Below, piece after piece: positions 37,180 to 50,679 of a stretch of 64,000 bases of DNA; within the stretch, counting starts at the first letter, position 1, and each line of letters starts with the position of its first letter. The notes beneath the pieces were generated by a model. The model did not search any database. It saw only the letters and a program-made list of their open reading frames with translations, and had not been told where the DNA came from. The stretch is taken from positions 57,600,001 to 57,664,000 of the forward strand of contig NC_086108.1 in the NCBI RefSeq assembly GCF_963921235.1, read 5' to 3'. The position numbers and the translations under genes are program-made. The DNA is from Mobula hypostoma. Taxonomy: Eukaryota.

Positions 37180-38930
37180 AGAAGCTAGAATAGAACTTGA
37201 AGGGAATTAGGAGAGCCAGAAAGGATGATGAAAGGTCCATGGGGGGAGAAAAGGATTAAAGTCTCCATACATGTATCAAGAACAAGAGGATAATTAAGGA
37301 GGGGGTAGGATCACTCAAGGATAACAGAGGGAACATGTGCTTTGGAGGTGTAGGATATAGGCAAAGTTCTAAATGTGTAGTTCGTGTTTGTATTTACCAA
37401 GGAGAAGAACATGGAGGATGATGAAGTCAGTGTGGAGTGTGCTAATTTGTCAAGGTATTTTAAGATAAAGTAGTAGTATTGGGTCTCCTTTTTTTATTAA
37501 GGTGAGTGCCTTAACTACTAAGCTATTGGAGAGATTCTTGGGTATAGGGTTTATGAGCATGGGGAAAATGATGGTCTAATTGGGGCAGTCAGCATCACTT
37601 TGTGCATTGGAAGTTACATCATAATAACTTGAGTATTTGAGGAGGTGATGAAAATAATTGATGAAGGTAGAGCTGTGGATGTTGTCCGCGTGGATTTTAG
37701 TAAGGTGTCTAACAATATCCCTTATGGGAAGCTAATCCATAAGATTAAGATGTATGTAGTCCACGGTGAATTGGTGATTTGGATTCAGAATTGGCTTGCC
37801 CATAGAAGGGTAGAGGTCACTGGGACTTGTTCTAGTTGGAGGTTTGTGACAAGTGGTGCTCCACAGGGATCTGTAATGGGGAGTCTGCTGTTTGTATTGT
37901 ATATAAATGACTTGGATAAAAATGTGAATGGGTGGGTGAGACAATTTGCTGACAAATTGAAAATTGGTGGTGTTATGGGCAGTGTAGAAGATTGTCAAAG
38001 GATGCAAAGGCTTACCAAAGGCCCTCTATGGACCTCTTGATGTGCTGGCAGACCAACGAGTTGGTGATCTACCAGCAGCACTTGATGACTGACTCTGAAT
38101 GTCCCTGGGAACAGCATGTAGATCAGAGTTCTCTGTCACACAGCTGCTCGGGATCCACTGTGCCCTTGCATCTTTCTCTACACTCTTTGCAAACCCATAG
38201 TCCACAAGGAATTTCACCACTGCCTCGTCCCCACTATGGTTACCTTGCAGGCAGTGCACAGTAGGAGTGGTGCTCTGGGCAGGCAGGAAGGATCTGACTG
38301 GGAGGGCCCTTATCCCCACCAGTCATGCAAGATCATGGTGCCTGTTGATGAGATTTAGCAATGAGGCATTCTTCCAGATGGTCTGGGTAGTCTGCTCAGG
38401 GAACCAGCCCATTGTGTCCATTGAGTCCTTCTCGTACAGTTTCTGCTGGATTTGTGGTCAATGGTGTTGGATTTGGAACAACTTTTCTATGAAGCACAGG
38501 TAGTGTGGTGAAATTCAGCTGACTGGGATACTGTGCAGCAGTGGGGCCAGTAACATCATGGACAGGCAGGACCTTGGCACATAGTGGTAACTGGTGCTCA
38601 TATACTTGGGTTTCTCACACATTCTGATGCAGCTACAGACAAAGCTTGTCATCAGGGTGACAGTGACATTGGATACCTGATAGAACTTTATAAGGCTATG
38701 ACAGGAATAGATATTCAACAGAGATTTTTTCCCCAGGATCAGAGTATCCATTACTCAAGGGCATGCATTTAAGGTGAGAGAGTAATTTCAATGGAGATGT
38801 GTGAATCAATTATAATCTACAGAGTTGTGGGCACCTGAAATATGATACCAGTGGTGGTGGTAGTGAAGGCATTTAAGAGGCTCTTGGGTAGACATATGAA
38901 TGTGCAGAAAATAGAGGGATATTATCATCG
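37180..38930 (+). mobile_element. CR1 LINE fragments, interrupted by a Tx1-like piece
   Basis: IDEGRAVDVVRVDFSKV..WIQNWL..VTSGAPQGSVMGSLLFVLYINDLD..QFADK; CR1 3' end resumes at ~38655. Confidence 0.85.
38010..38655 (-). mobile_element. Tx1-like (L1 group) ORF2 C-terminal fragment
   Basis: RALPVRSFLPAQSTTPTVHC..GDEAVVKFLVDYGFAK..IPSSCVTENS is a degenerate zf-RVT region typical of Tx1 ORF2. Confidence 0.7.
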
Positions 38931-38934
38931 TGTA

Positions 38935-40330
38935 ATAATAATAATAAGTACTTTATTGATCCCAAGTGGGAAATTATTTTGTTACAGCAGCCACATTTAA
39001 AAACACTTAGCAATAATAATAAATAATATTAACTAATAATAAAATACAGAATAATATACAGAATTTACCAATGTGCAATAATGTACGAAATAATAAAACG
39101 GAGACTATTGCACTATGATCTGTGCTCTCCTGTCACAGATGAGCTGTTGTGTATGCTTATTGCATTTGGTTTTCAAATGTTTTTATTGTGAAGCAATATC
39201 AGCTTAACCACAACCGACAATGTCCTAAAGTACAATGCTTCTTTTTCTTTTCTTTCTGATAACAACGTAATGAAAATCAAATGAATGTATGTATAGTAAA
39301 CAAGCAAAAAGCAAAGGAAACCCTACCACCCCGTCTCCTTTCCCCTCACCCCTCCCGTATGTGCTGTTTAGGTCCTACCGCTCCTCACACTTAGTTCAGC
39401 TGTCGGTCTCTTCTAAATACAACAGTAATGGTTGCCAGATTTTTTCAAATTCCTTGAGTCTGTCCTTGATAACGTATCTTATCCTCTCTAGATGCAGAGT
39501 ATCCATTAATGCAGCCAGCCATTGTCTGAGTGACGGAGTTTCCTCCTTTTTCCAGAACATCAGTATGTGTTTCTTTCCATTAAGTCTGCCATAGGTCAGG
39601 AGTTGTTGCTGGGTAGCCTGGAATTTATCTGACCTTGCAGAAATGGGGTCTGGTATTATCTGAACCTTTAGCATCTTCGATAGGACCTCAAATATTTGCT
39701 TCCAATACTCTTGTATCCTGGGACATAAAGCATAACTATGTAACAAATTTGCCTCTGAGGACTTGCATTTCTCACACTTTGGGGACACCTCTGGGAATAT
39801 TTTATGAATCCTTACTTTTGAGTAATATAGTCTATTTATGAATATTAAATTGTATTAAGCAATGCCTGGCATTGATGGAACAGGAGTTAACATGCATTTG
39901 GTAGGAAAGATTTTCTGAAGCGATCAATGAGTCTGTTCGAAAGGGTGCTCCGCTGCTTATTCCATAGGTCATGGAGAGGATGTTCCTGATTGTCCATGAT
40001 GGGTAACAGTTTGTTTAGTGACCTCCTCTCCTCCACTAACTCAAACGAGTTCAGATTGTAGCCAAGGACAGATCTAGCCTTTCTGATGAGTTTATTTTGT
40101 CTTTTTGCATCACTGGCACTGATGCTGCTCCCCCAACATAAAGCTGCTAAGAAGACTACACTCATGACAATAGACTAGTAAGAGATCTCCAACATCCTCC
40201 TGCACAAATAAAAGGATCTTGGCTTCCTTTGAAAATAGTCTGCCTTCCCTTTCTTGTAAACAGCCTTGGTGTTGGTTTTTCAGTCATGTCTGTTGTCAGT
40301 AAGTACCTGTTATACAAATGTCTGTAACTG
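38935..40330 (-). mobile_element. Rex1/Babar-type LINE 3' fragment (second subfamily) hosting an L1 insertion
   Basis: VVFLAALCWGSSISASDAKRQNKLIRKARSVLG..HPLHDL..FRKSFLP; (TTA)n tail near 38935. Confidence 0.82.
39171..39892 (-). mobile_element. 5'-truncated L1 (ORF2 C-terminal CCHC finger and 3'UTR)
   Basis: SPKCEKCKSSEANLLHSYALCPRIQEYW..ILMFWK..P..W..LERIRY..FEKIWQP; AATAAA near the 3' end; 10-bp TSD TGCATTTGGT at 39161-39170 and 39893-39902. Confidence 0.9.
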
Positions 40331-40702
40331 TTTTCTTTAATCATAGGTTGCAGCGCTTTCACATATATTTATGGCATGTAATTGGTCCAGAGTTTCCTAT
40401 TTACTTTCTGCCTTCATTCTTAAATTGTAACTTTGTTTTCCATTTTCCAATCTGTCAAAAGCAATCAAAAATCTATTGAGTTTTAAATCTGGACAACTTC
40501 TTCACCCTCCACTTCATGTTCACCTCCTTCAAAACAGTAGGGAATAGATTATTGGTTCTATGGAATTAACATATTTCAGGTCTATTTAATACTTTAATAT
40601 TAGTTTTTCTGATAATACTAATTTTGTCAAGGTAATTATTTGTTCTAAACCTATGGTGGTACTCTGTGTGCTTAGTGAGAACAGACTTAAAATGGCATGG
40701 CA

Positions 40703-40945
40703 CTGTAACATGGCGGTTAGTGTAATACCATTGCAATGCCAGTGACCCGGGTTCAATTCCACTAATGTCTGCACAGTGCTTGCATATTCTTCCCGTCACC
40801 ATGTGGGTTTCCTCCATGTGTTTTGGTTTCCTCCCATATTCCAAAGACATATGGGTTAGTAGTTTAATTGGTCACACAGGTGTAAATGGGTTGCACTGGC
40901 TCAGTGGGTTGAAAAAGCATGTTACCATGCTGTATCTCTAAATAA
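40703..40945 (+). mobile_element. tRNA-derived V-SINE-like element
   Basis: A-box-like head, B box GGTTCAATTCC, and V-domain-like GTGGGTTTCCTCC..GGTTTCCTCCCA..CCAAAGAC. Confidence 0.8.
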
Positions 40946-41954
40946 GTATATAAAAAATATTTGTTTCATTTCTTTTTCACCTTATTTCTAATATTTTTCC
41001 TGTATGAATTTGCAAGGGAACCACATTAAATTCTATTATTTTTTTACTTTAGTTACTTTAGCATATTTACAGAAGCTAAGGTAGTCTTGTGATTGAGTGT
41101 AATGAAGAACAACTTAAATTGCAGGAACACTGGAATCCAGTCAAAATTATGGAAAAGTAATATTGGTACTTGGTGAGAATGGTAATTTGCAAGATGGGGA
41201 AACTGTGTTAGCTACAAAAGGTCTCTTTATACTTGGAAACATTTATACCTGCTTATAATAATGACTTCCTGTGGTTCTTGTTAAAAACCAGCTGCTGTCC
41301 TTCTATGCCATATGCCATGACTCTTCACTGAGAACAGAATGAGCAGCATGTTACAATACTGAAAGTCCAGGTTGATAGTTTTGCTGTTTTCATAGCGAGG
41401 CAGGGGAAATGCAATCTATCCTTTGACTGATCTAGCCCAGGAGCAAGTTCCACTGACCTGCAAACTGCTTCTCCCTACATGATTTCTAATTGGATGTAAG
41501 ACAAAGTACTATTCTCTAGGGTGGGCTGACAACCCGTAACCTCTGCAGGATGTTCCATGGTACTTACTACTTTTCTTGCTTCACCACCTCGTTCTCTTTT
41601 TTTTTGGATCAGATATCCAGGGCATTGTGTACGTGTGTGACAGAGAAGCAGAAAGACACAGGCTAAAGGCAAAATTTTGCAGCAGAGAGCTAATTTGGCG
41701 AATGTACAATTTGTGCAAACTCTCTATGTAGAAAGGTCTTGTTGTATAGTGCTCCTGTATCTGATTATTGTCTCTTGTCGTGGCATGCAGCTAACCAAAT
41801 CCAGAAGATCGAAGGTATGACATTATGACATTTGCTTTGGTGTGAATATTGAGTATTCTGAGCTCAGGTGGCCAGAAGAATTGCACATGGCCATATTATA
41901 TCCTTGGTTACAGCCATGGAATCAGAATCATCATGATTCTTGCCCACTTGGATG

Positions 41955-43750
41955 CATAGAGTCATACAGCATGGAAATGGGCCCTTCAGACCAACAAGTC
42001 CATGCCAACCAAATGTCCAACCAAGCTCGTCCTATTTGCCTGCATTTGGCCCTCATCTTTCTGAACCTTTCCTATCCAACAGTCTTTTAACTCTGTTGTA
42101 ACTGGCAGTTCATTCCATATACCTACCACCGTTAATGTGCTATTTAAAAAAAAAGAAATAACCCCATCAAGTTACTATTAAATCTTTCTCCACTTACCTT
42201 AAATGTCACTCGTCTAGTTCTTGATTTCCCAACTCTGGATGAAGACTGAGTTCACTCACCCTATCTCTGCTCCTCATGATTTTACATAAGACCATGTCTC
42301 TGTATTCTTTGCTCCTGTCAAAAGAAGTCATTGCCTATCAAACCTCCTCCTATAAATCAGTTCGTCAATTCCTGACAGCATCTTTGTAAATCTTTTCTGC
42401 ACTTTTCAGTTTAAAAATGTTTACTATAGTATGGCAACAAAAACTGAACATAATACTGCCAAGAAACAAACAAGAGAAAATCTGAAGATGTTGAAAATCA
42501 AAGTAATACATGCAAAATGCTGGAGGAACTCAGCAGGCCAGGCAACATCTATAGAAAAGAGTAAACTGTCAATGTTTCGGGCCGAGATCCTTCATCAGGA
42601 CGGATGAAGAGCCTCAGCCCAACATGTCACCTATTCCACTCTTTTTCCATAGATGCTGCCTGGACTGTTGGGTCCTTCAGCATTTCAAGTATAATTCTAC
42701 CAAGTGCTGCCTCACCAATGCTTTGTACAACTGCAATATAACCTCCCAGCTGCCATACTCAATGTCCTGATGGTTGAAAGCCAGCATGCCACTAGGGAAT
42801 CAGATCCCTACCGTTTACTGTGAAGGTCTTGTATTGATTCAACTTAACAGCATGCAATATGTCACACATTTTGAATTAAACTCCATTTCTTGTTTCCCAG
42901 CCCACTTACTCAGATGATCAAGATTCCTTAGAAATTCCTGATAACCGTCTTCATTAACCACACTACCTATTTTAGTGTCAACTGCATACTTAGTAAACAT
43001 ATCTTGGGCATACTCATCCAAATCTTTAGCAGAGATGACAACCAGCAGTGGGCTCAGCACAGATCACTGAGGCACACTACCAGCCATGGGCCTTCAATTC
43101 AAAAAACAACCTTCTATTATCGCCCTTTGCTTCCTACCATCAGCCAATTGTGTATCTAATTAGTCAGTTCTCCCTGGATTCCATGCAATCCAACCTCCTA
43201 GAGTCACCTATCGTGTGGATTCTTATCAAAGACCTAAATGAAGTCGATGTAGACTATGCACAAAGCCCTGTTGACTACCCCTAATCGACCCCTGCCTTTC
43301 CAGATGATTTATGATTGAGGACACACAGACCCCTTTTATTGTCATTTAGTAATGCATGCATTAAGAAATGATAAAAATGTTTTTCCAAAATGATATCACG
43401 AAAACGCATGACAAACCAACTTAAAAACTAACAAAAACCACATAATTATAACGTATAGTTACAACAGTGCAAAGCAATACCCTAATTTGATAAGAACAGT
43501 CCATGGCACAGATGCATGTATATCTTATCCCTCAGAATCATTTCCAGTAACTTAACTACCCATCATATTCAGCTTGCTGTCCTGTAGCTCCCAATGTTTT
43601 CTTCGCTGCCCTTCTTAAATAACAGCACAAGGTTTACTCCACTCCAGTTTTCCAGCACCTCACCCGTGGCTAACAATGATGCAAATGTCCCTGTCAGGTC
43701 TCCCACAATGTTCATTGATATAGCTGGTCGGGACCCAGAGATTTACCTGC
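41955..43750 (-). mobile_element. CR1 LINE fragments with nested PLE tails and a Rex1 3'UTR piece
   Basis: LSPLLVVISAKDLDE..TKYAVDTKIG..LSKWAGKQEMEFN; CR1-like 3' end near 41955-42090. Confidence 0.7.
42465..42690. repeat. Fold-back pair of PLE 3' tails with back-to-back hammerhead motifs
   Basis: The minus motif at 42567-42601 (GTC-CTGATGA-AGGATCTCGGCCC-GAAAC-ATT-GAC) abuts a degenerate plus copy from 42601. Confidence 0.75.
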
Positions 43751-45435
43751 CTTCACTAGAAATTCTGTAGTTGATGGCAATCTTGAAAAGCACACATAAA
43801 ATGCTGGAAGTCATTATGGAAAAGGATAAATAGTCGCTGTTTCAGACCGAGACTCTTCATTATGTCTACCTTTATACTTTTTAAGACACCCAACACCTTC
43901 TTTACTGTCATGTTAACTTAATTGTGTCCACCGAAGTACAAGTTATTTTTACAACCTTACCTGGAATCCTTTTTTTTCACATGTAATATTTTTGCTTGAA
44001 GTACTTGATAAATTTACTGAATAAAGTTTTTGTTGGATAACATATCCTAACAGTCAAAACAGAATATTATTTTTCAAGCATTGATAAAGTGCAAGGCTGA
44101 ACTATTGATAGTATGACAGTACTGCTGTAGGCTCCAAAAGCAGGGGGAGCTACTGCTCAGTACGTGTGTTTCACTGACACCAAATGACATTCTGCATATT
44201 GGACTAAAAGGGGATAAAAAATTGCTACAAAATAGTAAGTCATCTTTTATCTGATTAGAAATTATGTGGTGAAGCTTTTTCCTTGAAGCCACTAACATTG
44301 AAGGGAACCAGTTTGTAAATATGACTGTAAAGTGATTTTCAGTTTCTAGGTGCAGAATAATAATCAGCCTGGGCTGGTCTTACAGCGCTGTAAGGCTTTA
44401 ACGGCAGCAGTTGATTTTGATGCTTGAAAATTATCCTGACGGTGCATTTCAAGATTGTTTTATAATCCTCAAACACACAAGGAAAGCCTATAAGTACTAC
44501 TTAGAAAATGTTCCTATGTAAATAAAAGAGTAGACATGACTGTGAGTACCTATGGACAATTGGATGTAATGAAGTTTATATAATGTATGCCATCATTCAT
44601 AGAGTTAGTAGCATATGACAAGAGAGTTGGATTAGATTGGCAACATTTTATGTATTTTTTGTGTAAATGACCCTTATATTTGTTTTTACTCATGATACAA
44701 TCAATAAAATAGATTTAAAATTTTTTTAGAAAAGGAAATTCATCTTTTTAGATTGTGGATTGAAAAATTTGGAAGCATTAATGATTTTAAAAATGTTTAA
44801 CTCCATGGGTACTGTCAAAAACAGGAAGATGATGTTTATAGAATCTAAAGGGCTGCATTGCAGAGAAGTGGGGACTAACAGATCCCTCAATGCTTTTCGT
44901 GTTGATCAGAGATTCTTGTTTCCATGCCAACATACTGTAAGTGAAGAAGCATGCAGTACTGCAGTTTAATCCTTATGGAGAAATCTGTCAGTAACGAATA
45001 TTGTTACACTCATTAGTTTGAAATGCATACTTGCTTGATAAGTATACCGCCAGTTCCCTTTCCTTCTCGCTGACCCCCTCCACCCCACCCCCAACCTTTG
45101 GATTTTTTCCCCATCCTTTATGAGCGATACTGACTCATGCCCTAGAGTGGTTCTCTGGGAAGTGCCTTTACGGTTTCATTGCAAATTTGTGTTTTTGTTG
45201 GTTTTTTTGAGGTGTGTATTTTGTGGAGGTCTAAAGGCTTTGATATTTCTTTTGGAAGACATTCAAGCTGACCCCTGTCCAGACTTCAAGCAACAATCAA
45301 ATATTCTTGAAGCAGCGCTCTGAAGTGCCAGTTTTTTTCATTCATGGGATATGGTCGCCACTAGTCTGACCAATACTTATGATGCAAGTTGAGAAGGGAA
45401 TGATAGCAGATCATGAGCCACTACAGACAGTAAAG

Positions 45436-45826
<391 letters not shown>

Positions 45827-47357
45827 GCTTGGTGGGACATTTCATCATTTTGACTTGAGCATCTTTGAAGGAATTCCAAATTGTCTAAACAAAGGGAGTG
45901 TGTAATTTGGAAATGATGGCCTTGCACTGTTATTCTTCTGAAAGGTCTCCAATGTGGGTGAGAGGTACTACTGAAGAAAAACTATGTTGCAAATTACTAC
46001 AGTGCACATATAGGGCAAGGAGAAAAGGCAAGTATACTTAAATGTTGGGTATCTAGCATTGATCAAGTAACAGCCCAGGATTTGTTTTGTAGCCCAGGCA
46101 TACCTGCTTTGCTGTGTCTGAGGAGTTCTTTTGTGGTCTTCATTTTATTTTTAAATTAATTTTAATGGATGGAGCATTTCTTATCCAACTCCAATTGTTT
46201 TGAAGCAATGCATGCTGCTTAAGTAGCAAAGGATCAGTGATTCATTTCCAATTTGGGATAGTATGCAAAATAGAGGGGAACACGTGGGTGGTGGTGTTCC
46301 ACTTTACCTGCACTTTCTTTGTTACCTTTGGTGATAGAGGAAATAGCTTAAGAGAGCAATTGTCCAGAGTGCTGGTGTTATTGGGAATAAAGACAGAAAA
46401 TCAATTGGTTACAAACAGATGAGGCAGTTTGCCCTAGACGGGGATCATGCTGTCTCAGTGTTTTTAGCGTTGAACTCATGCAGGCAAAAGGAGTATTCAT
46501 CATGTTCCTGATTGTGTTTTGTAGTTGGTGGAAAGGCTTTGGGGAGGCCAGAGGTGAATCACTTGCCACAGGATCAAAGTTCAAAGTACTTGTATTATCA
46601 AAGTGAGATTCTTCTTTTTGCAAGCAGACACAAAGAAACACAATAGAATTCATGAGGAAACTCCACATGACAAAGACAGTCAAACATCCAATCTGCGAAA
46701 AAGAACAAATCACGCAAACAATAATAAAAAAAAGTTAACTAAATACACAGGACATGGACAACATAGCCACGAAGAGTGAGTCCACAGCTATGGATCCAGC
46801 TCAGCTCTGAGGCGAAATGCGAATGCGATGGCTGCAGGCCATAGTTGCAGAGTCAGTTCAGTAAAGCATCATGGAGTAGTGAGCTGAACACCAGTTCGTC
46901 CTTTGGCCTTGATGCCTTAACCCTTTTAATCTGGCTCAGCACTTAAATTGGTTAAACTTTGGCTAATTTTCTGCTCTCGGACCTGGTCCCGCCACTTCAA
47001 ATCTGGCCTGAAGTCCACTCCAGCAATGATTACCATGGCTGTAACTGCATTCTTAAGAGCCCAGTTCGCCGAATCCATCAAGGTATGGCAGGTTGTTCAG
47101 ATGGTTCCAAAGCACAACTTCAAAGGAAAATTACAGGCTGCAGATTGCAGTAATTGTGGTACAGTTGAAGTACAGTATATTTCATAGAAAAGTTAGTTTT
47201 GTCAGCTGCCTTCAGAATGTTGCCGTATATTGTCAGCACCATCCTGAGCCTCTGTCCAATTCTGAACATAAGTGATTCTGAAGGTGCTGGAAATCCAGGG
47301 CAACACATGAAGTGCTAGAGAAACTCAGCATCTATGGAGGGGAAACATCTATGAAGT

Positions 47358-48020
47358 TGAGTCAGTGGTGAGGAAGGCAAATGCCATGTTAGCAATCATT
47401 TCAAGAGGTCTAGAATACAAGAGCAGGGATGTGATGCTGATGCTTTATAAGGCACTGGTGAGGCCTCACCTTGAGTATTGTGAACAGTTTTGGGCCCCTC
47501 ATCTTAGAAAAGATGTGCTGGCATTGGAGAGGGTCCAGCGGAGGTTCACTAGGATGATTCTGGGAAAGAAAGGGTTATCATACGAGGAATGTTTGATGGG
47601 TATGTGACTGTATTCACTGGAATTCAGAAGGATGTGGGGGTGGGATCTCACTGAAACCTTTCGAATGTTGAAAGGCCTAAACAGAGTAGACGTGGAAAGG
47701 TGTGTCCTATAGTGGGAGACTCTAGGACAAGAGGGCACAGCCTCACGATAGAGGGGCATCCTTTTAAAACAGAGATATGGAGAAATTTCTTTAACTAAAT
47801 GGTGGTGAATTTGTTGCCACCTTCAGCTGTGGAGACCAGGTCGTTGGGTGTATTTCAGGCAGAGATTGATAGGTTCTTAATTGGATATGGCATCAAAGGT
47901 TACAGGGAGAAGGCTGGGAACTGTGGTTGAGGAGGAAAAAAAGGATCAGCCACGATTGAATGGCGGAGCAGATTTGATGGGCCAGATGGCCTAATTCTGC
48001 TCCTATGCCTTATGATCTCA
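47358..48020 (+). mobile_element. CR1 LINE 3' end, relatively young
   Basis: VRKANAMLAIISRGLEYKSRDVML.LYKALVRPHLEYCEQFWAPH.RKDVLALERVQRRFTRM, followed by 3'UTR. Confidence 0.92.
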
Positions 48021-48050
48021 TTTCAGGCCACGATGTCCAGTGTTGTGTTA

Positions 48051-48357
48051 GTGCGTGGCCAAGTGGTTAAGGCGTTCGTCTAGTGATCTGAAGGCCGCTA
48101 TTTCGAGCCTTGGCTGAGGCAGTGTGTTGTGTCCTTGAGCAAGGCACTTAACCACACATTGCTCTGCGACAACACCGGTGCCAAGCTGTATGGGTCCTAA
48201 TGCCCTTCCCTTGGATAACATCAGTGGCGTGGAGAGGGGAGACTTGCAGCATGGGCAACTGCTGGTCTTCCATACAACCATGCCCAGGCCTGCGCCCTGG
48301 ATACCTTCCAAGGCGCAAATCCATGGTTTCATGAGACTAACGGCTGCCTATAAAAAA
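48051..48357 (+). mobile_element. tRNA-derived SINE, well preserved
   Basis: A box TGGCCAAGTGG, B-box-like TTCGAGCC, conserved GTGTCCTTGAGCAAGGCACTTAACC, A-rich end. Confidence 0.85.
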
Positions 48358-49924
48358 GGTATTCAGTGTTTAAACCCCTCTATAGATGCTGGCTGTTGTG
48401 CTGAGTTCCTCCAGCATTTTGTGTGTTGCTCTGTCCTATTCTTGCAGATACTGAATTTTTCGCTGGTCCAGTTGAGTTTGTGGTCAGTTTCAAACTCTTG
48501 GGTTTTAATGCACGGAAGTTTAGTATTGTCAATGAATGTCAGGAAGTTTGTTACTCCTATAGGAGATGGCCAATACCACCCACCTGAGTGACATGAGAGT
48601 AACTAATTATCTTCCCCTGTCTGAATGTTGTTTAGGTGTTGTTGCATGAGGTAATCACAATTTAATTTTCTGAGTTGTTATGAATGGAACTGAATATTAG
48701 CCATTCATTTATCCATCCTAAAGTCAAGGTGGCAAAGGAAGAATTCCACAGACATTGGAAAGTAGGTATGCTCAGAGTGGAAATCGTAAATCCTGGGCTG
48801 CTTCTATATTGATATTTCTGAACCTACTGTGCGGGGAGACAAAGCAGGGAAATCCCCCTGAGCAAGGCCTGCAGTGTGTCCAAAAGCTGGGAAGATCAAT
48901 TTTCAAGGCATGTTCTTTTGTTTAAAGTATTTCTCAAGCCATTGCAGTGTTTTCTTCTTAATGCCCATTACTTTTACCAGAGCTCTTTGACTCCACACTC
49001 AAAGGTTTAGATGTCAAGGGAAGTCGTGTTCTATTCAACCCCATCTCACTTCTAATTCTTTAGCTCTTGTTTGGACAAGGAATGGAGTAGTCCTATGTGA
49101 AGCCCAGACTGGGTATCGGTAACATTACTGGGACACTATGGCTGGTGTATTCCAGTCAGGATATTTCCTTTTTCCAGGACCTTTTGCTTTCTGTAATGTT
49201 CTTGATAAGTAAATTGAATTGGCTGAACACTGATTTCGGTGATGATAAAGATCTTCAGATGAAGTTGAGATAGAATGCACATTAATTAGGAGGAAACACT
49301 CCCATTTATGTCATTTTCTGGAACAGACCTCTGGATCATTGTCAGAGAACTTTTTCAGTGGTTAATGAGAAAATAATCACAGCATTAAACTTTACCACCA
49401 CTGAATCTTTTTAATCACCAAATTGCAATTGAGTTTTGGACAAATTTTAAAAAATTATTTATTCTTGGACTGAGTATTTTTGGCAAGATTAGCCTGCAGT
49501 GCATTTTCATTGTTCCCCGAGTTAGCTGAGCTAGCAGGCTGATTCATTGAATGTAGTGTTTTGATAAATTCCTTTACAGTTAAGAGTTGACATTGGTTAA
49601 GGATGAAGATGTATTGGAGTTTCATATGACAAAGGTTGCCTTGTCTCATTTACAGTACATTAGTGAATCGTATGGATTCTTTGAACAAAAGAACTTCACA
49701 ATCACATTTCATATTAATAGTAGATTTTTATTTCAAAGTTTAAGTGATTAAAATTGGAGATTATTCGTCAAATTCTTGCTGGCATTCTGTAGAGTCTAGC
49801 TGTCCTGCTTTATCCAGTGTCCTTGGAAGTTTGTTTTTTCAAATCAATGCTTGTCTTTGTTTCCACTCGTGTAAGATGCAGCATTCTGGGTCATTACCAT
49901 TATTGTCATTAAATAAAGTTAAGA

Positions 49925-50250
49925 GTGACACAGTGTATCTGGACCCACTGTCTCACAGGTCCAGTGACCCATGTTTAATCCTGACCTCTGGTACTGTTTG
50001 TGTATATATTTATATTTTCTTCCTGTGACCACGTGTTTTCCTTTTGGGTGTTCTTGCTTCTCCCTTATCCCACAAGTGTGGTTGGTTTATTCACCATTGT
50101 AAATTGCCATCAGATGATTCAGTGGTAGAATCTGTGAGGAGAGTTGATGAGAATGTGGGGACAATAAATAGGATGGGATTGGTGTTTAAAAGAGAGGATG
50201 CTTATTGGACTTGCTGTATCAAAAGGCCTATTTTTGTGCTGTATTCTCTG
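49925..50250 (+). mobile_element. Degenerate V-SINE-like element
   Basis: Similar to 40703-40945 (CCAGTGACCC..TT.AATCC..CCTGTGACC..GT). Confidence 0.55.
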
Positions 50251-50679
50251 TGACTCAGACTCTTCCTTTGTAGATTTCCCCCAAACATGAACTCTATATC
50301 CCTTTGTATTATATAATTAGCTGATGAAAATAACCTTCCTTTGTCAACTTGGCGCAACTTTGTACACCTTGTAATACATCCTCTCACTGCCTCCTTTGCT
50401 TCAATAAGAACCCAGCAGCTAAAACTCTGACCCTCCAGTCAAAAACTCTCATCCCTCATATTTCCTCTGTACCTTCTCATGAACCTTCATACTCTTCCTA
50501 AAGTGTGGTGATCAGAATTAAATGTAATGCTTATCCTCTTGCTGTGGATTAACAAAATCTTCACAAAATATCTCAATTACATTTTCTCCTCAATACCTCA
50601 ATTCATAGAGCCCATATTCCCACGTGAGTTGTTAATGATACTCTTGCTCTGTCACTACACCTTCAAAGAATCTATGCAT

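Noticed and set aside
48051..48125. tRNA gene
   Set aside because: It is the tRNA-derived head of a SINE; the B box is imperfect and a SINE body follows.
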